Positions 61,450-64,000 of a stretch of DNA of 64,000 nt are shown here, in pieces. The notes under the pieces are model-generated. The model made no database searches and was not told the origin of the DNA. It saw nothing but the letters and a program-made list of their open reading frames with translations. The position numbers and the translations under genes are program-made. Positions within the stretch are counted from its first letter, which is position 1. Each line of letters starts with the position of its first letter. The DNA comes from Octopus bimaculoides (taxonomy: Eukaryota), in NCBI RefSeq assembly GCF_001194135.2, contig NC_069004.1, positions 16,012,734 to 16,076,733 on the forward strand, in the 5' to 3' direction.

Positions 61450-63730
61450 ATGATGGCTAAAATAACACTGGATGTTTCACCAAAAGACATACCTATACTC
61501 AGTAGGAAGGATTATATATGTGATCTTTTGGAGAAAATGAACCAATTTGTACATAGAATGCAGTGGAAAGCCTTCTTTGATAAAGATTTTAAACCAAATG
61601 ACAAACTTGAACATGGTGACCTACTGAGAAGAGTATTCAAATATAGAAGGAACCATCCAACTAACCAACACCTAACCAGATTTGAAGAGGAATTATATAA
61701 GACAGTTAAGAACGTGAAGTTCAGGAAGTACCCCAGAAGATGTAATCATCATCATCATCATCGTTTAACGTCCGCTTTCCATGCTAGCATGGGTTGGACG
61801 ATTTGACTGAGGACTGGTGAAACCGGATGGCAACACCAGGCTCCAGTCTGATTTGGCAGAGTTTCTACAGCTGGATGCCCTTCCTAACGCCAACCACTCA
61901 GAGAGTGTAGTGGGTGCTTTTACGTGTCACCCGCACGAAAACGGCCACGCTCGAAATGGTGTCTTTTATGTGCCACCCGCACAAGCCAGTCCAGGGGCAC
62001 TGGCAACGATCTCGCTCAAAAATCCTACAGGAGCCAGTCAGGCGGTACTGGCAACATCAGCAGAAAATCAGAAAATTACTTGTCGACTTCAAGAAAGCTC
62101 CGGGGATACTTGTACCAGCAGACAAAAGATGTAACATTTACATTGTTGATATTGAGTTATATAAGTCTATGATTAGGAAGGAATTACGCAGCAAATATAG
62201 ACACACTAGTAATGACGTACTAGAAAGAATTAACAATACAGGACTACAAATTGTCAGAGATTTAGCTCTCAAAAACCCCAGATTATGCTTAAGGACCATA
62301 AACCTAACTTTCTTATTGACTCCTCAGATTGATTTGTCCTTCTAAATCTGATATAGGCATTATTAGTAAAAAAAATCATTAATAAGGTAATACCCGCCCT
62401 TAAGTCTAAAATTAGATTAGCCCAATGCCCAAGAGGTGGTTGGATGGTTTAAGTTTCTAGAAATTAGTAAGAATAGTAAATTCTTGCAACTAGATATAGA
62501 GAGCTTTTATGCCTTTATTAACCTGATTGTCCTTAATCAAGCCTGGATTTATAGCATGAAAAATCCAAAATTGTCCTGATGCAAAATAGATATTATACTT
62601 GCCGTGTGAGCCACTCTAGTAGATTTTGATGGTAGATTAGATAGGGAGAATGCATTTGATATAGGAATGGGCTCATACGATTCCACACAGTTCACTGACC
62701 AAGTCAGAATATATATCTTTTCATTAATCCAATCTTTCTTTCCGGAAGTAACAGGGGGTCTACATAGGGATGATGCCTTATTTTTTCTGGACTGAAGTAG
62801 TAAAGTAAAATTAGAAAGGCATGGGAAAAATTGCTTTAAACTTTTTAAAAATTTAGGACTAAACATATTACTATGGGTAAAGATTATTGTAGAGTGAATT
62901 TTTTTGATGCTACCTTCTGTCTTGATACTGGATTATTTGAACCATTAGCAAACATACGCATCTAAATACTAACAAAGGAGATGTGAACCACAATGACAAA
63001 CACCAATTACTGCCAAATCGTAATAAGAGAAATACTTATGATACAGCTAACATGGTAATAATGTCGGTAAATGGAGTCGGGACTGCCTTATATACAAATA
63101 AATATGATAAATGCTCATGCAGAGAAAAATTAAAATGTCCATTGATGGATCTCTGTATGAGTACAAATCTTGTATATAAATGTACCATGCACACAAGGGG
63201 AGGATCGTATGTTTACATTGGGTAGATGGCTGATTCATTTAAGAATCGTTATCATAACCATGTCGCCAGCTTTAAGACAATCAATAAGAGACGTTCAACA
63301 TCTTTGGCCAATTTTGTATGGCGACTGAAGGAGGATAGTTAACTTGCTTTGTGATCATGAGTGCACCAAACCTCACGTGTGCATATGCTCACATTTTCAC
63401 GGATTCTTGTATGAGCAAATTGTACTCGCACTATGCAGCTTGCCCATGGGCATTTATACATCCATATTTGTTAACAGTTATTTTTAATACTCTTCTCTCT
63501 GTATTGCATGTTCATTTCTCTTTTTTTCCATCTGTGATTTTATTTTTGATTTTCCTCTTTCTGGCTGCTTTTCTTTCTACAAAACAAGAAGTTACATTGC
63601 AGAGTTGTGTCTATTTATCACCTGATGAGATACATCTGCACCTCCGGATGCCCCTGAACCAGTTGTTGAGTGTCCCACTTGTGAGGAAACGATGCTAGAT
63701 GTGTCGAAACAATTGTCATGATTAATAATA
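61450..63730 (+). mobile_element. Penelope-like element (Naiad-type), near full-length, degenerate, interrupted by an RTE-tail insertion (61745-62060)
   Basis: SPKDIPI...RMQWKAFF; LVPADK; QLDIESFY; GMGSYD; GLHRDDA; linker CSCREKLKCPLMDLC; GIY-YIG NLVYKC...YVYIG...FKNRYHNHVASF...STSLANFVWRLK. The 3' region carries a hammerhead motif. Confidence 0.85.
63612..63727 (+). ncRNA. Type I hammerhead ribozyme at the 3' end of the Penelope-like element
   Basis: Stem I tatttatcac/atgattaata; core CTGATGA 63622-63628; stem II GATACATCT/AGATGTGTC; GAAA 63706-63709; palindromic stem III ACAATTGT; GTC triplet with predicted cleavage after 63717. Confidence 0.8.
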
Positions 63731-64000
63731 AATTCTCGTATATTCACTCTTCCGTCTTTCATTTGCCATTACGGAAAAATTTGGATAAGTACTGTTTTCA
63801 CTTTGCTAAAGATTTTCTACTATTTGAAAATAATATGTATTCTTGTTTTTATACTATTCATTTGGTTCTTTATAGATTATTTTAATAGATAACTTATTTA
63901 ACACTAAATTATTTAGAAGCTATAGTTTCATTTCAACATAATATTAGAACTTCGATTGGAATAGTGTTGATATATTTTCGATTATTTTTGATTAATATTA

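Noticed and set aside
63345-63400. ATGA...AAA hairpin in the Penelope-like 3' UTR as a possible SECIS
   Set aside because: There is no GA quartet on the 3' strand, the helix spacing is wrong, and the Cys linker has no in-frame TGA.

Overview
AT-rich, repeat-dense animal genomic DNA with six assembly gaps. The repeat families and microsatellites look like coleoid cephalopod (Octopus-like) sequence, which is an inference. Two host genes lie head-to-head. (1) A complete 12-coding-exon epsilon-tubulin gene (TUBE1) is on the + strand: ATG 5225 to TAG 58832, 1446 nt, 481 aa, all introns GT-AG, with phases that assemble into one open frame. (2) A kelch-repeat gene most like KLHDC9 is on the - strand: ATG at 889, open to the left window edge, and absent from the ORF track. 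Between them is a CpG-richer segment with clustered RFX X-box, CRE-like and ETS motifs. The TUBE1 introns are packed with decayed TEs: RTE, CR1 and R4/Dong-like LINEs, Penelope-like (Naiad-type) elements, tRNA-derived SINE arrays in (AAT)n, mariner, Tigger, pogo, hAT-Charlie, a Gypsy element, a solo LTR and several MITE/foldback elements. The best leads are a near-intact Penelope-associated hammerhead ribozyme with an unusually long stem II, two degenerate hammerheads, an orphan antisense symmetric (phase 1-1) FN3-like exon in TUBE1 intron 10, a duplicated exon-3 donor that could act as a poison exon, and two retroelement families that use the same (AAT)n microsatellite with opposite polarity. 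No prokaryotic-type system (CRISPR, operon) is present. TE boundaries are read by eye and are approximate unless termini are quoted.
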